64,000 bases of DNA, from the NCBI GenBank assembly GCA_965199935.1, contig CBDATD010000001.1, forward strand, positions 491,097 through 555,096, in the 5' to 3' direction. Positions 48,249 to 57,422 of this stretch are shown here, in pieces. The notes beneath the pieces are model-generated. The model did not search any database. It had not been told where the DNA came from and saw only the letters and a list, made by a program, of their open reading frames with translations. Numbering within the stretch: the first letter of the stretch is position 1; every line of letters begins with the position of its first letter. Made by a program: the position numbers and the translations under genes. The DNA comes from Bdellovibrionales bacterium. GTDB lineage: Bacteria; Bdellovibrionota; Bdellovibrionia; Bdellovibrionales; UBA1609.

Positions 48249-49739
48249 TTAATTGCTCATATTGTCCAAAAACTCAGCATTGGTTTTAGCCGATTTAAGT
48301 TTATCTAAAATAAACTCCATGCTATCCACAACATTCATCGGAGCCAAAACTTTTCTTAAAATCCAAAGTCTGTTTAATTCTTTTTCTGGGATCAAGAGAT
48401 CCTCTTTGCGAGTTCCAGATCTATTGATATCCATACAAGGAAAGATTCTTTTTTCCATCAATTTCCTATCCAGTTGTATCTCAGCATTGCCCGTTCCTTT
48501 AAATTCTTCAAAGATCACTTCATCCATGCGAGAACCCGTATCTACTAGAGCTGTGGCAATAATTGTAAGGCTCCCTCCTTCTTCAATATTTCTGGCAGAA
48601 CCAAAAAATCTTTTCGGTTTATGCAAAGCATTAGAGTCCACTCCCCCTGATAAAATTTTACCCGATGGAGGAACCACTGTATTGTATGCCCTGGCCAGCC
48701 TTGTAATGGAATCCAACAAAATAACAACATCCTGTTTTTTTTCAACTAGCCTTTTAGCCCTTTCAATAACCATTTCAGCCACTTGCACGTGTCTGGAGGG
48801 AGGTTCATCAAAAGTAGATGAAATCACTTCTCCTTTAACGTGTCTCAACATATCTGTCACTTCTTCAGGTCTCTCATCAATAAGCAGCACAATAAGGTGA
48901 GCTTCCTTATGATTTTTCACAATGGCATTGGCAATATTTTGCAGTAATACTGTTTTACCTGTACGGGGAGGAGCCACAATCAAAGCCCTCTGCCCTTTTC
49001 CCATTGGAGCCATGAGATCGACCACTCTTGTTGTCACCTCCGATGGATTCCACTCCAACTTTAATTGACTGTTGGGATAAAGAGGGGTCAGGTTATCAAA
49101 AAATATTTTTTCAGAAATATTTTTTCGGCCTCCTTCAGATCCTTCTGCTTTTAATAGAGCAAAATATCTTTCACCATCTTTTGGGGGGCGTATAGTCCCA
49201 TTTATAAAATCACCCGTTCTCAAACCAAGCCTTCGAATCTGAGCGGGGCTGACATAAATATCATCAATACCCGGCAAATAATTGTAATCTGGAGAACGAA
49301 GAAAACCATATCCATCCGGCAAAACTTCCAAAACCCCATTTCCGTAAATATCTCCTAATTGGGCCGCCCTTTTTAGAATTTCAAAAACCATATCTTGACG
49401 TTTCATAGCCGAAGGGTTTTCGATTTTTAATTTCTGCGCTAATTGTGTAATTTCTCGAATATCTTTTGACTTAAGATTTTTAAACTCCAAAGCTTCCTTT
49501 TCTTGCTCTGTGAGAGAAATCCCCGTAAGATCTACAGGCTCCTGATTCGTATTCAAATGTTCATAATCCACATCTCTTTTAGGATACCGGTTGTGATGAT
49601 CTGCATTGTTATTTCTGTCTTTATGATATCTGCCCAATCGAGATTTTGTATTTCTCCTGGGGTGTTTAAAAGAGTCATCTCCTCTTTTACTCTTAAAAAT
49701 TCTAGGCTGATCCTTCATACTGCCTGATTCTGAGTTCAT
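48249..49739 (-). CDS. rho: Transcription termination factor Rho with a roughly 75-aa basic N-terminal extension
   Basis: Walker [16 protein letters not shown] and the Rho RNA-binding and ATPase domains. The extra N-terminus is rich in R, K, N, H and D. Confidence 0.95.
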   Translation of the reverse strand: MNSESGSMKDQPRIFKSKRGDDSFKHPRRNTKSRLGRYHKDRNNNADHHNRYPKRDVDYEHLNTNQEPVDLTGISLTEQEKEALEFKNLKSKDIREITQLAQKLKIENPSAMKRQDMVFEILKRAAQLGDIYGNGVLEVLPDGYGFLRSPDYNYLPGIDDIYVSPAQIRRLGLRTGDFINGTIRPPKDGERYFALLKAEGSEGGRKNISEKIFFDNLTPLYPNSQLKLEWNPSEVTTRVVDLMAPMGKGQRALIVAPPRTGKTVLLQNIANAIVKNHKEAHLIVLLIDERPEEVTDMLRHVKGEVISSTFDEPPSRHVQVAEMVIERAKRLVEKKQDVVILLDSITRLARAYNTVVPPSGKILSGGVDSNALHKPKRFFGSARNIEEGGSLTIIATALVDTGSRMDEVIFEEFKGTGNAEIQLDRKLMEKRIFPCMDINRSGTRKEDLLIPEKELNRLWILRKVLAPMNVVDSMEFILDKLKSAKTNAEFLDNMSN

Positions 49740-50116
49740 TATAAGACCTTATATCCCATGGCTGTCTTCAAAGAAGAAAATTGAAACAATTCAAGAAACA
49801 ACAAAAAAAACGAAAAATACTATGAAAGAGTATTCTAGATACATTTAACAGCTTTTGTCAAATTTTATTATATTGATTTTTCATAATTTTAAAAAATTGA
49901 AACTTTTTATGGATCAATTCTGCTTCTAAAAACTCTAAAAATCACCTAAAAAATTCGTATTTTCAAGTATTTATGAATTTCTACAAGAAGGCGGCATTTT
50001 CCATTGGATTCTCACCTTTTTCCAGGCTTATTAAATCTTAAGACTCACAAAAACTGGGCAAATAAAGCTGTAAGATTCAAACATATGTGTGTCACAATGC
50101 TTTCAAAATTTAACTT

Positions 50117-51286
50117 TTATTCTTCAATATTATCTATATCTATATGAGTTTGAGAAAAATCAAAGTCAGATCGATTTTTTCTATTTCGAATCATTCGAAT
50201 GAAGAAAACAGCTAGGATTAATAAAATACCTGCAATAGCAATAACTTTGATTTTATTAGCATTTTTAGAAATAAAAGAATCCGCTTCGCTCTCACCTTCA
50301 ATAATATCAGAAGAAGGAGAAGCTTCGGGCGGCTGTAATACTTCTTCCTCAATCAAAGCTGACGATTCTTCATCCCCTCCTCCATCCAAAGTAGGAGGTT
50401 CTTCAATCATGCTGTCTTCTTGGACTGCTTTTTCTTCTTTTTCAGCTGTTGCATCCGACGACAAGTCAGGCCCCGCCGCCTGTTCAGGTGCAGAAGGAGG
50501 CTGTTCTCCTTCCACAACAGCTCTTGAACCAGGCCAGTAATAGAGTGTGACTGTTTCATTCACATTTCCTTTAGATTCTATTTGAGGATTGGTCGCCCAA
50601 ATTTCTTTCCAAGAATCTTTATGTCCTAAAAGATTAGAAGAAACAGTTCGAATATTTTCTCCAGCTTGAATATCATAGGTGGAGGCGGTTTGATTGTTAT
50701 CCTCATAGTAGTGTGAAAACTTTACACGATCCTTAGGGCGATTCGGAGAATTGTAATAAATCTTATCACCCACCTTCGGATCGCGTCTTTTCAAAAATGG
50801 ATTAAAGTTTTTTAACTCATCCACCAACTGGGTGTGTCCGTATATTTTTACACTGATTTGACTAAGATCTTCTTCACTGCGGGCGATATAAACAGCATTA
50901 ACCCACTTGCCGTCTTGCCTCCATGGCTGAGTGGGAATTTTTTTCAGAGGCACCCAAGTTTTTTTGGGAGTTTCCACATTAACAAAATTATCTGAACTTT
51001 CTACCGGAACAGGATCAAAATCATCCGTTGTTTCATCTTCCATAGACACTTCATTTTCGATAATGCCGCTGTCCTCCAACACATCACTTTCCTCATAGTC
51101 CTCTTCTTCCTCATCTAAATCAGCAACCCTGCTTCCTTTGGACTCCATATACTCTTCTTCTTCTGCTTGAAATATTTCCTCGTTAAAGTTTCCAGAAGAT
51201 GTGCAAGAGGAAAAGATAAACACAAAAATAAACTGCAAAAGAAAAACGAATAACTGTTTTAGAGTCATAAGACGGCACTTCCTCAT
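50117..51286 (-). CDS. LysM-like repeat protein with acidic regions and a C-terminal TM anchor
   Basis: Lipobox-like FSSC. There are two LysM-like segments (..LSQISVKIYGHTQLVDELKNFNP.. and ..IRTVSSNLLGHKDSWKEIWATNP..), D/E-rich linkers and a C-terminal helix. Confidence 0.55.
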   Translation of the reverse strand: MRKCRLMTLKQLFVFLLQFIFVFIFSSCTSSGNFNEEIFQAEEEEYMESKGSRVADLDEEEEDYEESDVLEDSGIIENEVSMEDETTDDFDPVPVESSDNFVNVETPKKTWVPLKKIPTQPWRQDGKWVNAVYIARSEEDLSQISVKIYGHTQLVDELKNFNPFLKRRDPKVGDKIYYNSPNRPKDRVKFSHYYEDNNQTASTYDIQAGENIRTVSSNLLGHKDSWKEIWATNPQIESKGNVNETVTLYYWPGSRAVVEGEQPPSAPEQAAGPDLSSDATAEKEEKAVQEDSMIEEPPTLDGGGDEESSALIEEEVLQPPEASPSSDIIEGESEADSFISKNANKIKVIAIAGILLILAVFFIRMIRNRKNRSDFDFSQTHIDIDNIEE

Positions 51287-51404
51287 CTAAAGTCTTTGAT
51301 TGATCACAACATAGAGGAGGCGAAAGAGGCAAACACTCTCTAGACTTTAAGATAGACTATCCAAACATAAAGTTAAGTCGCGTCATATCATTAGACAGTA
51401 CAGT

Positions 51405-52835
51405 TCAAGATTTCTCTAACATTTTCTTTAACAGAGCGTTTGTTTTCACAGGGTCCGCCTGCCCTTTAGATAACTTCATTATTTGGCCCATCAAAAATTT
51501 ATAAACTCCGATTTTCCCGCTCCTATACTGTGCTGTCTGCATTGGAAATTCATCAAGAATCTGTCTCACCATATTTGACAATACTTTTTCATCTTCTAAT
51601 TTTGTCAAATTCAAATCTTTAATTAGAGCATCCACTGACTTGCCTGTACTCCACATTTTAGAAAAAACAGTCTTCGCCATCTTTGAGGATAAAGTTTTAT
51701 TTTCAACTTGATTGATGAAATCAGCCATTTGATGGGCTTGAATAGGCATCTCTTGAAGAGAAAGCTTGCATTCATTCAAGCGGGACATCACTTCATTTAA
51801 AAGCCAGTTGCATAGAGTTTTAGGACTGATAGTCTGCTGAACAGCAGACTCAAAATAAGAACAAAGATCCACTGTTCCTACAATAAGAGCTGACGAATCC
51901 AGAGGCAGTTTATATTCCGAACAAAAACGATTTATTTTATCAAAAGGAAGTTCTTTGATGGATAAATTTTTAGGTTTTTTTATGAGAAGAGGAGGAAGAT
52001 CTGGTTCCGGAAAATACCTATAATCGCTTGCCTCTTCTTTTAATCTCATAGGAAATGTTTCATTTTTTTTTGGATTAAACAGGCGGGTTTCCTGAGGTAC
52101 AGGTTTTCCATGATCTAATAAATAGCTTTGTCTTTTGATTTCAAAATTCAAGGCTTTCTCTATAAAACGAAAAGAGTTTAAGTTTTTTAATTCTACCTTC
52201 GTACCTAATGTATCAGCTCTTTTCGGTTTCAAAGAAATGTTACAGTCAAACCGCATAGAGCCTTCCTGTAAATTGCCGTCACAAACTTTCAAATAAAGCA
52301 GAATGTTTCGAATCATTCTTGCGTACTCAGCCGCCTCATGGGGTGAAGAAATTTCAGGGTAAGAAACAATTTCTAAAAGAGGTGTCCCGGCTCGATTAAA
52401 ATCAATTAGAGAGTGGTTTTCTTGATGAATCAAACGTCCTGCGTCTTCTTCTAAATGAATTTTTTCAATGCCAATTTTCTTTGCCTCGCCATTTGAATAA
52501 AATTCAACAAAACCTCCTTTAAGCAGAGGTAAATCAAATTGAGAGATTTGATAGCCTTTTGGAAGGTCTGGATAAAAATAGTTTTTTCTCGCAAATACAG
52601 ATCGTTCCTGAATCTGACAATGAAAGGCCAAACCCACCTGCAGGGCAGACTCTATAACTTGTTTGTTGAGACAGGGAAGTGTTCCCGGGAAACCTAAACT
52701 CACTGGATGAATATTGGCATTTTCTTCTGCTGAAAAAGACGCAGGATCTGGAGAAAACATTTTACTCTTGGTTTGGATTCGAGCGTGAGTTTCCAAACCA
52801 ATGACAGCAGACCACTTATTTAAACTTGTTCCCAT
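51405..52835 (-). CDS. gatB: Asp/Glu-tRNA amidotransferase subunit B
   Basis: The ORF is open to 52925, but the ATG at 52835 has a GGAG SD 9 nt upstream and gives MGTSLNKWSAVIGLETHARIQ. Confidence 0.93.
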   Translation of the reverse strand: MGTSLNKWSAVIGLETHARIQTKSKMFSPDPASFSAEENANIHPVSLGFPGTLPCLNKQVIESALQVGLAFHCQIQERSVFARKNYFYPDLPKGYQISQFDLPLLKGGFVEFYSNGEAKKIGIEKIHLEEDAGRLIHQENHSLIDFNRAGTPLLEIVSYPEISSPHEAAEYARMIRNILLYLKVCDGNLQEGSMRFDCNISLKPKRADTLGTKVELKNLNSFRFIEKALNFEIKRQSYLLDHGKPVPQETRLFNPKKNETFPMRLKEEASDYRYFPEPDLPPLLIKKPKNLSIKELPFDKINRFCSEYKLPLDSSALIVGTVDLCSYFESAVQQTISPKTLCNWLLNEVMSRLNECKLSLQEMPIQAHQMADFINQVENKTLSSKMAKTVFSKMWSTGKSVDALIKDLNLTKLEDEKVLSNMVRQILDEFPMQTAQYRSGKIGVYKFLMGQIMKLSKGQADPVKTNALLKKMLEKS

Positions 52836-54291
52836 TTTCATCTTCTCCAAAAATCGGCCTTTTCTTGTAGGCTTGAAGCTCTTCCTGCAATAAATAAGCA
52901 GTATTAAATATTGTTTGCTCATCAAAAGCCCTCCCTATCAGCTGAACCCCTAAGGGAAAACCGTCAAAAATACCTACAGGTACACTAAGACCGGGAAGGC
53001 CGGTTAAATTTGCCGGAACTGTAAACATATCGCCAGTGTAATTTTTAATTAAATTCTCAGAAGGGGTTTTTAAAGGAGAAGGTTTATCTGGTGTAACTGG
53101 AGTCAAAATAACATCCACCTCTTTCAATAGGCGTTTAAATTGTTCTTGGATCAGACGGCGTGCTTTTTGGGCTTTTTTAAAATAAGCTTCGTAGTAGCCT
53201 TCTGATAAACAAAAAGTACCCATCAATATTCTGCGCTTCACTTCAGAGCCAAATCCCTCTCCTCTTGTTTGAGAGTAAAAATCCATTAAAGACTGAGAAG
53301 GTTTCCGGGAAGAAAAACCATACCTCACACCATCGTAGCGGGAAAGATTACTGCTCGCCTCACAAGATGAAATAAGATAATATACGTTAGCAAAATAAGA
53401 AGACAACGGCAGAGAAATTTCTGAAACTTGCGCTTTGTTTTTTATTAAAACTTCTTGGGCTGTTTCCAGGCTTTTCCGGATTGGCGGAGATATATTTTTT
53501 AAAAATTCTTTTGGAATTCCAATTTTCAAATTTTTAACATTTGCTTTCAAATCTTCATGCCAGGGAGGGACTTTATTATCACTTGTTGTGGAGTCTTTTT
53601 CGTCCCGGCCGCTTATTAAATAAAGAGTCAAAGCACAATCCTCCACCGTCATTGCCATAGGCCCCGCTTGATCCAAGCTGGAGGCATAAGCCACAATGCC
53701 AAAACGGCTGACCCGACCGTATGTAGGTTTTATTCCAACTAAATTACAAAAATGAGAGGGCTGTCGAATAGACCCTCCTGTATCTGTCCCTAAGGAGAGG
53801 GGGGAAAAGCCGGCAGAGACTGCCGCAGAACTGCCGCCGCTGGAGCCTCCGGGAATATAATCTAAATTCCACGGATTTTTAACAGCTCCAAAATAAGAAG
53901 TTTTTGTCGAATGCCCCATGGCAAATTCATCTTGATTGCACTTTCCTAAGATAACAGCTCCAGCTTGCTCCAATCTATCAACAACAGTGGCTGAATAGGG
54001 AGGGATAAAATTTTCAAGCATTTTTGAAGCCGCTGTGGTTCTCAAACCTTTGGTGCAAAACATATCTTTCAACAGCACAGGGACTCCAGCCAACGGCTTT
54101 TCATCCAAAGAACTCTCCTGAACTGCATTTAAGGCCTGTTTGTTCACTGTAATCACTGAGTTGATTTGAGAGTCTAATTTTTTAATTCTCTTCAAAAACC
54201 CAGAGACCACCTCAGAAGGAGAAATCTTTTTTTCTCGAATATTTCTGGCTATTTTTAAGGCAGAATCCATCATTAGGCCGCTCGTTTTCAA
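52816..54291 (-). CDS. gatA: Glutamyl-tRNA(Gln) amidotransferase subunit A
   Basis: Amidase signature GGSSGGSSAAVSAG. Confidence 0.95.
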   Translation of the reverse strand: MKTSGLMMDSALKIARNIREKKISPSEVVSGFLKRIKKLDSQINSVITVNKQALNAVQESSLDEKPLAGVPVLLKDMFCTKGLRTTAASKMLENFIPPYSATVVDRLEQAGAVILGKCNQDEFAMGHSTKTSYFGAVKNPWNLDYIPGGSSGGSSAAVSAGFSPLSLGTDTGGSIRQPSHFCNLVGIKPTYGRVSRFGIVAYASSLDQAGPMAMTVEDCALTLYLISGRDEKDSTTSDNKVPPWHEDLKANVKNLKIGIPKEFLKNISPPIRKSLETAQEVLIKNKAQVSEISLPLSSYFANVYYLISSCEASSNLSRYDGVRYGFSSRKPSQSLMDFYSQTRGEGFGSEVKRRILMGTFCLSEGYYEAYFKKAQKARRLIQEQFKRLLKEVDVILTPVTPDKPSPLKTPSENLIKNYTGDMFTVPANLTGLPGLSVPVGIFDGFPLGVQLIGRAFDEQTIFNTAYLLQEELQAYKKRPIFGEDENGNKFK

Positions 54292-54560
54292 TCTGTTTGC
54301 ACCACTAAAGGCACTTTAACGAATTTTCCTTCTTTGGAAGGGGATGAATCTAATAGATCGGGTGTTTTACACATCTCATCTGCTCTAAAAGGCATGGGGT
54401 CCTCCGCAGGAGACACTAAAGGCTCCACTCCTTTTGTAGGGATCTGAGAAATATGATCAAAAAACTTCACAATATTTTGCACTTGAGGAAAGATATTTTC
54501 TTCTTCCTCCCTTGTTATTTTTAAGTGAGCTAATTTTGTAATTCGGCTCCATATATTCAT
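54288..54560 (-). CDS. gatC: Asp/Glu-tRNA amidotransferase subunit C
   Basis: 90-aa ORF that overlaps the gatA start by 4 nt, in the gatCAB order. Confidence 0.85.
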   Translation of the reverse strand: MNIWSRITKLAHLKITREEEENIFPQVQNIVKFFDHISQIPTKGVEPLVSPAEDPMPFRADEMCKTPDLLDSSPSKEGKFVKVPLVVQTD

Positions 54561-54638
54561 TGTACAACTCTTTAAATTTAATTCATTATTGTTATAAGTT
54601 ATGTTAGCCTAGTCTTTAATTTATAAAAGTGCAAATAG

Positions 54639-56660
54639 ATGTCTAAAAAAATACTAGAAAAACTCAGGCAGGAAATACAAACTCACGATTATAGGTACTA
54701 TGCTTTAGACAACCCTTCCATTTCTGACTACGAATATGATCAGCTTTATAAAAAACTACAGCAAATGGAAAAAGAAAACCCTCAGTGGGCAGTTCCAGAC
54801 TCCCCCACACAAAGGGTTCCTGGCCAGGCCCTAGATCATTTTGAAAAGGCTTCTCATCGAAAAATGATGCTTTCCCTGGAAAACAGCTACTCTATTGAAG
54901 ATATCCACAATTTTGTAGAAAAAACTTCAACTGCTTTAAGCAAAAAGAAAGTTATGTATTTTTGTGAACCAAAATTAGACGGTGCAGCTGTTGAGCTTAT
55001 TTATGAAAAAGGTGTATTGACCTGTGCTTTAACTAGAGGAGACGGACAAGTTGGAGAAAATGTTTTAGAAAATATTAAAACTATAAAATCTGTTCCCCTG
55101 CTTTTACAAACACGAAAAACCCCTTCTCTTTTTGAGGTGAGAGCAGAGGTATTAATGTTCAAAAAAGACTTCACAGAACTCAACGAACATCAAAAAAGAA
55201 AGGGAGAAAAGATCTTTGCCAACCCGCGCAATGCATCTGCCGGGACTCTAAGAAATTTAGACCCTCAAACAACAGCTGAAAGAAAACTTCGTCTGTTCTG
55301 CCACAGTCCTGGAATTATTCCGAATGGAACAACTCAAAGCAAGTTTTACGATGTGCTTAAACAATTTAGACTGCCTGTGCTGTCGTACTCTCACTCTATT
55401 AATGCCTCCAAATGGAAACACCTGCACCACCCTTTGTGTTTAATTTGCAGCTGTTCTGAAGAGCTCATAGCTTACTACCACACCATTCAAAAACTTAGAC
55501 CTTCACTGCCTTTTGAAATTGATGGAATTGTTATTAAAATAAACTCTTTTGCAGATCAGGAAAAATTAGGCTCCATTGCCCGAAGTCCTAAGTGGGCCAC
55601 TGCGGTCAAGTTTCCGCCGGAATCTGCCTGCACTCAAATTCAAAAAATCCATTTACAAGTGGGACGCACAGGGATTGTTACCCCTGTAGCGTATATGACA
55701 CCCGTTGCCGTCAGCGGAGTCATTGTAAGCCAAGCTACTTTGCACAACAACAGTGAAATCCAAAAAAAAGACATACGAGAAGGGGATTTTGTGTATATCA
55801 AAAGAGCCGGCGATGTCATTCCCGAAGTCGTCACTGTAGAAATGGCAAAACGCCAAAAAAATTCCACCCCATTTAAAATGCCGAAGATATGCCCCGTTTG
55901 TTCTCATAAACTTACAGAAGTAGAAGACCTGATATACTGCACGAATGTCAAATGCCCTTCTGTTGTTTTAAGAAAACTTCAACACTTCTGTTCTAAAAAA
56001 GCCATGGATATCGAAACTCTTGGCTCCTCTTTAATTGAACAGCTTTTTAACCACAAACTTATTCAGTGTTTTTCTGATATTTACAGATTAAAAAAAGGAG
56101 ATTTGAACAATCTGCCGGGCATTGGAGATAAACTTGCTGATAAAATTATATGTTCTATTGAAAAAAGCAAAAAAACTTCTCTTAAAAGTTTTTTATTTTC
56201 CTTAGGAATCCGACATATCGGAGAACAAATTGCTCTAAAAATCAGCAGGCATTTTGGAGAAGGAATCAAAGGTTTAGAAAAACTGTTGAAAGCTAAAGAA
56301 GAAGAACTTATTCAAATTAATGATATCGGGATTGCAGCCGCCCAATCTCTCACGACTGAATTGAAAAATTTATCCCAAGAGATTCAAAAACTGCTTAAAT
56401 TGGGGGTCAAACTATCTTCTAAAACCAGAAGTCGTAAATTGGAAGGAAAAATTTTTGTAATCACAGGAAGCTTTCCACAAAAAAGAGAGTCCATCGTAAA
56501 TCTCATACAAACCAACGGAGGACACACAGCCTCTTCAATCACGCTCAAAACAAACTATCTGCTTTGCGGGAAAAACCCAGGATCTAAGTACGATAAAGCC
56601 AAAAAACTCCGTGTACCCTGTATAAGATGGCAGGAGTTTGAGCAAATTTTACAAAATTAA
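54639..56660 (+). CDS. ligA: NAD-dependent DNA ligase
   Basis: Adenylation motif CEPKLDGAAVEL, Cys4 zinc finger CPVCSHKL..CTNVKCP, HhH repeats and a C-terminal BRCT domain. Confidence 0.95.
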   Translation: MSKKILEKLRQEIQTHDYRYYALDNPSISDYEYDQLYKKLQQMEKENPQWAVPDSPTQRVPGQALDHFEKASHRKMMLSLENSYSIEDIHNFVEKTSTALSKKKVMYFCEPKLDGAAVELIYEKGVLTCALTRGDGQVGENVLENIKTIKSVPLLLQTRKTPSLFEVRAEVLMFKKDFTELNEHQKRKGEKIFANPRNASAGTLRNLDPQTTAERKLRLFCHSPGIIPNGTTQSKFYDVLKQFRLPVLSYSHSINASKWKHLHHPLCLICSCSEELIAYYHTIQKLRPSLPFEIDGIVIKINSFADQEKLGSIARSPKWATAVKFPPESACTQIQKIHLQVGRTGIVTPVAYMTPVAVSGVIVSQATLHNNSEIQKKDIREGDFVYIKRAGDVIPEVVTVEMAKRQKNSTPFKMPKICPVCSHKLTEVEDLIYCTNVKCPSVVLRKLQHFCSKKAMDIETLGSSLIEQLFNHKLIQCFSDIYRLKKGDLNNLPGIGDKLADKIICSIEKSKKTSLKSFLFSLGIRHIGEQIALKISRHFGEGIKGLEKLLKAKEEELIQINDIGIAAAQSLTTELKNLSQEIQKLLKLGVKLSSKTRSRKLEGKIFVITGSFPQKRESIVNLIQTNGGHTASSITLKTNYLLCGKNPGSKYDKAKKLRVPCIRWQEFEQILQN

Positions 56661-56860
56661 GAATCAGAACTCAACTGAGTATCTAAGTTAGGTATATGGC
56701 TACCTTTCACCGTCTTTAATTTATCCGCAACTACATTATCCGCGGCTCTATGGCAAAGTTTTTCAAATTGCTTATTCAAAACCTCCATAGCCTCTGCAGA
56801 AGTTTTAAGTCCTCTTTCTTTAAACAAATCTTTAGTTTTTTTAACTATAATCAACGACAT
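56657..56860 (-). CDS. Bacterial histone-fold protein (Bd0055/DUF1931-like singlet histone)
   Basis: 67 aa. MSLIIVKKTKDLFKERGLKTSAEAMEVLNKQFEKLCHRAADNVVADKLKTVKGSHI has the helix-strand-helix pattern and length of the singlet histones described in Bdellovibrio and Leptospira. A strong SD AAGGGGGA lies upstream. Confidence 0.6.
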   Translation of the reverse strand: MSLIIVKKTKDLFKERGLKTSAEAMEVLNKQFEKLCHRAADNVVADKLKTVKGSHIPNLDTQLSSDS

Positions 56861-57014
56861 AACATTCCCCCTTCAGTCAGAGATTGCTATCAGATAAAAA
56901 CTGTAAAATCCAGAAAAAAATCACGTTTTCAGAGGTTTTTGTCGACTTATTTCAAAAAAGATGAGTATAATCAATACTTTATATAGATTAACTCAAAACA
57001 AACAACATATGAAC

Positions 57015-57263
57015 TTACTGGACACCTTGAGAAGATTTCTTTTGCAAAGCCTTTGATCTTTTCGAATCCCCCGCAACAACATTACAGCTTGGAAGAGTAG
57101 ATTTCACAACAGCATCACCGCAAATATTGGAATAGCTTCTATCGGTCGCATCAAAAGCAGAGTGTGCGTGGCTGGAATACCGGCACTCTTGCTTATCCGA
57201 TAAAATACTAGCTTGGGATGAAACAGCACATAAAACCAAAAACAGCACAATAAAATATCTCAT
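57015..57263 (-). CDS. Hypothetical small secreted Cys-containing protein
   Basis: An AGGAGG SD lies 7 nt upstream of the ATG at 57263, giving the signal MRYFIVLFLVLCAVSSQAS. Confidence 0.55.
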   Translation of the reverse strand: MRYFIVLFLVLCAVSSQASILSDKQECRYSSHAHSAFDATDRSYSNICGDAVVKSTLPSCNVVAGDSKRSKALQKKSSQGVQ

Positions 57264-57422
57264 AATCAACCTCCTAAAAAAACAACTTCCCCGCGGCAAC
57301 TCTAAACGTAACTTAGGCACCGCACCCTTTCAATGAATATCGGCATAAGCACACCTGCACTTTAGCCCTAAAAAGCTAAACTGGACCAAAAACAATAAAA
57401 AAGCCTTTTACTTATATTTTTA

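Noticed and set aside
48253-48900. 215-aa ORF on the plus strand, antisense to rho.
   Set aside because: The opposite strand encodes an unmistakable Rho ATPase domain. This ORF is a low-complexity Ser/Leu/Ile-rich antisense shadow with no start context. The same reasoning applies to the many 60-120-aa antisense or off-frame ORFs inside lpdA, sucA, sucB, valS (including 19683-20183), ftsW, lon, ligA and the 1240-aa gene.
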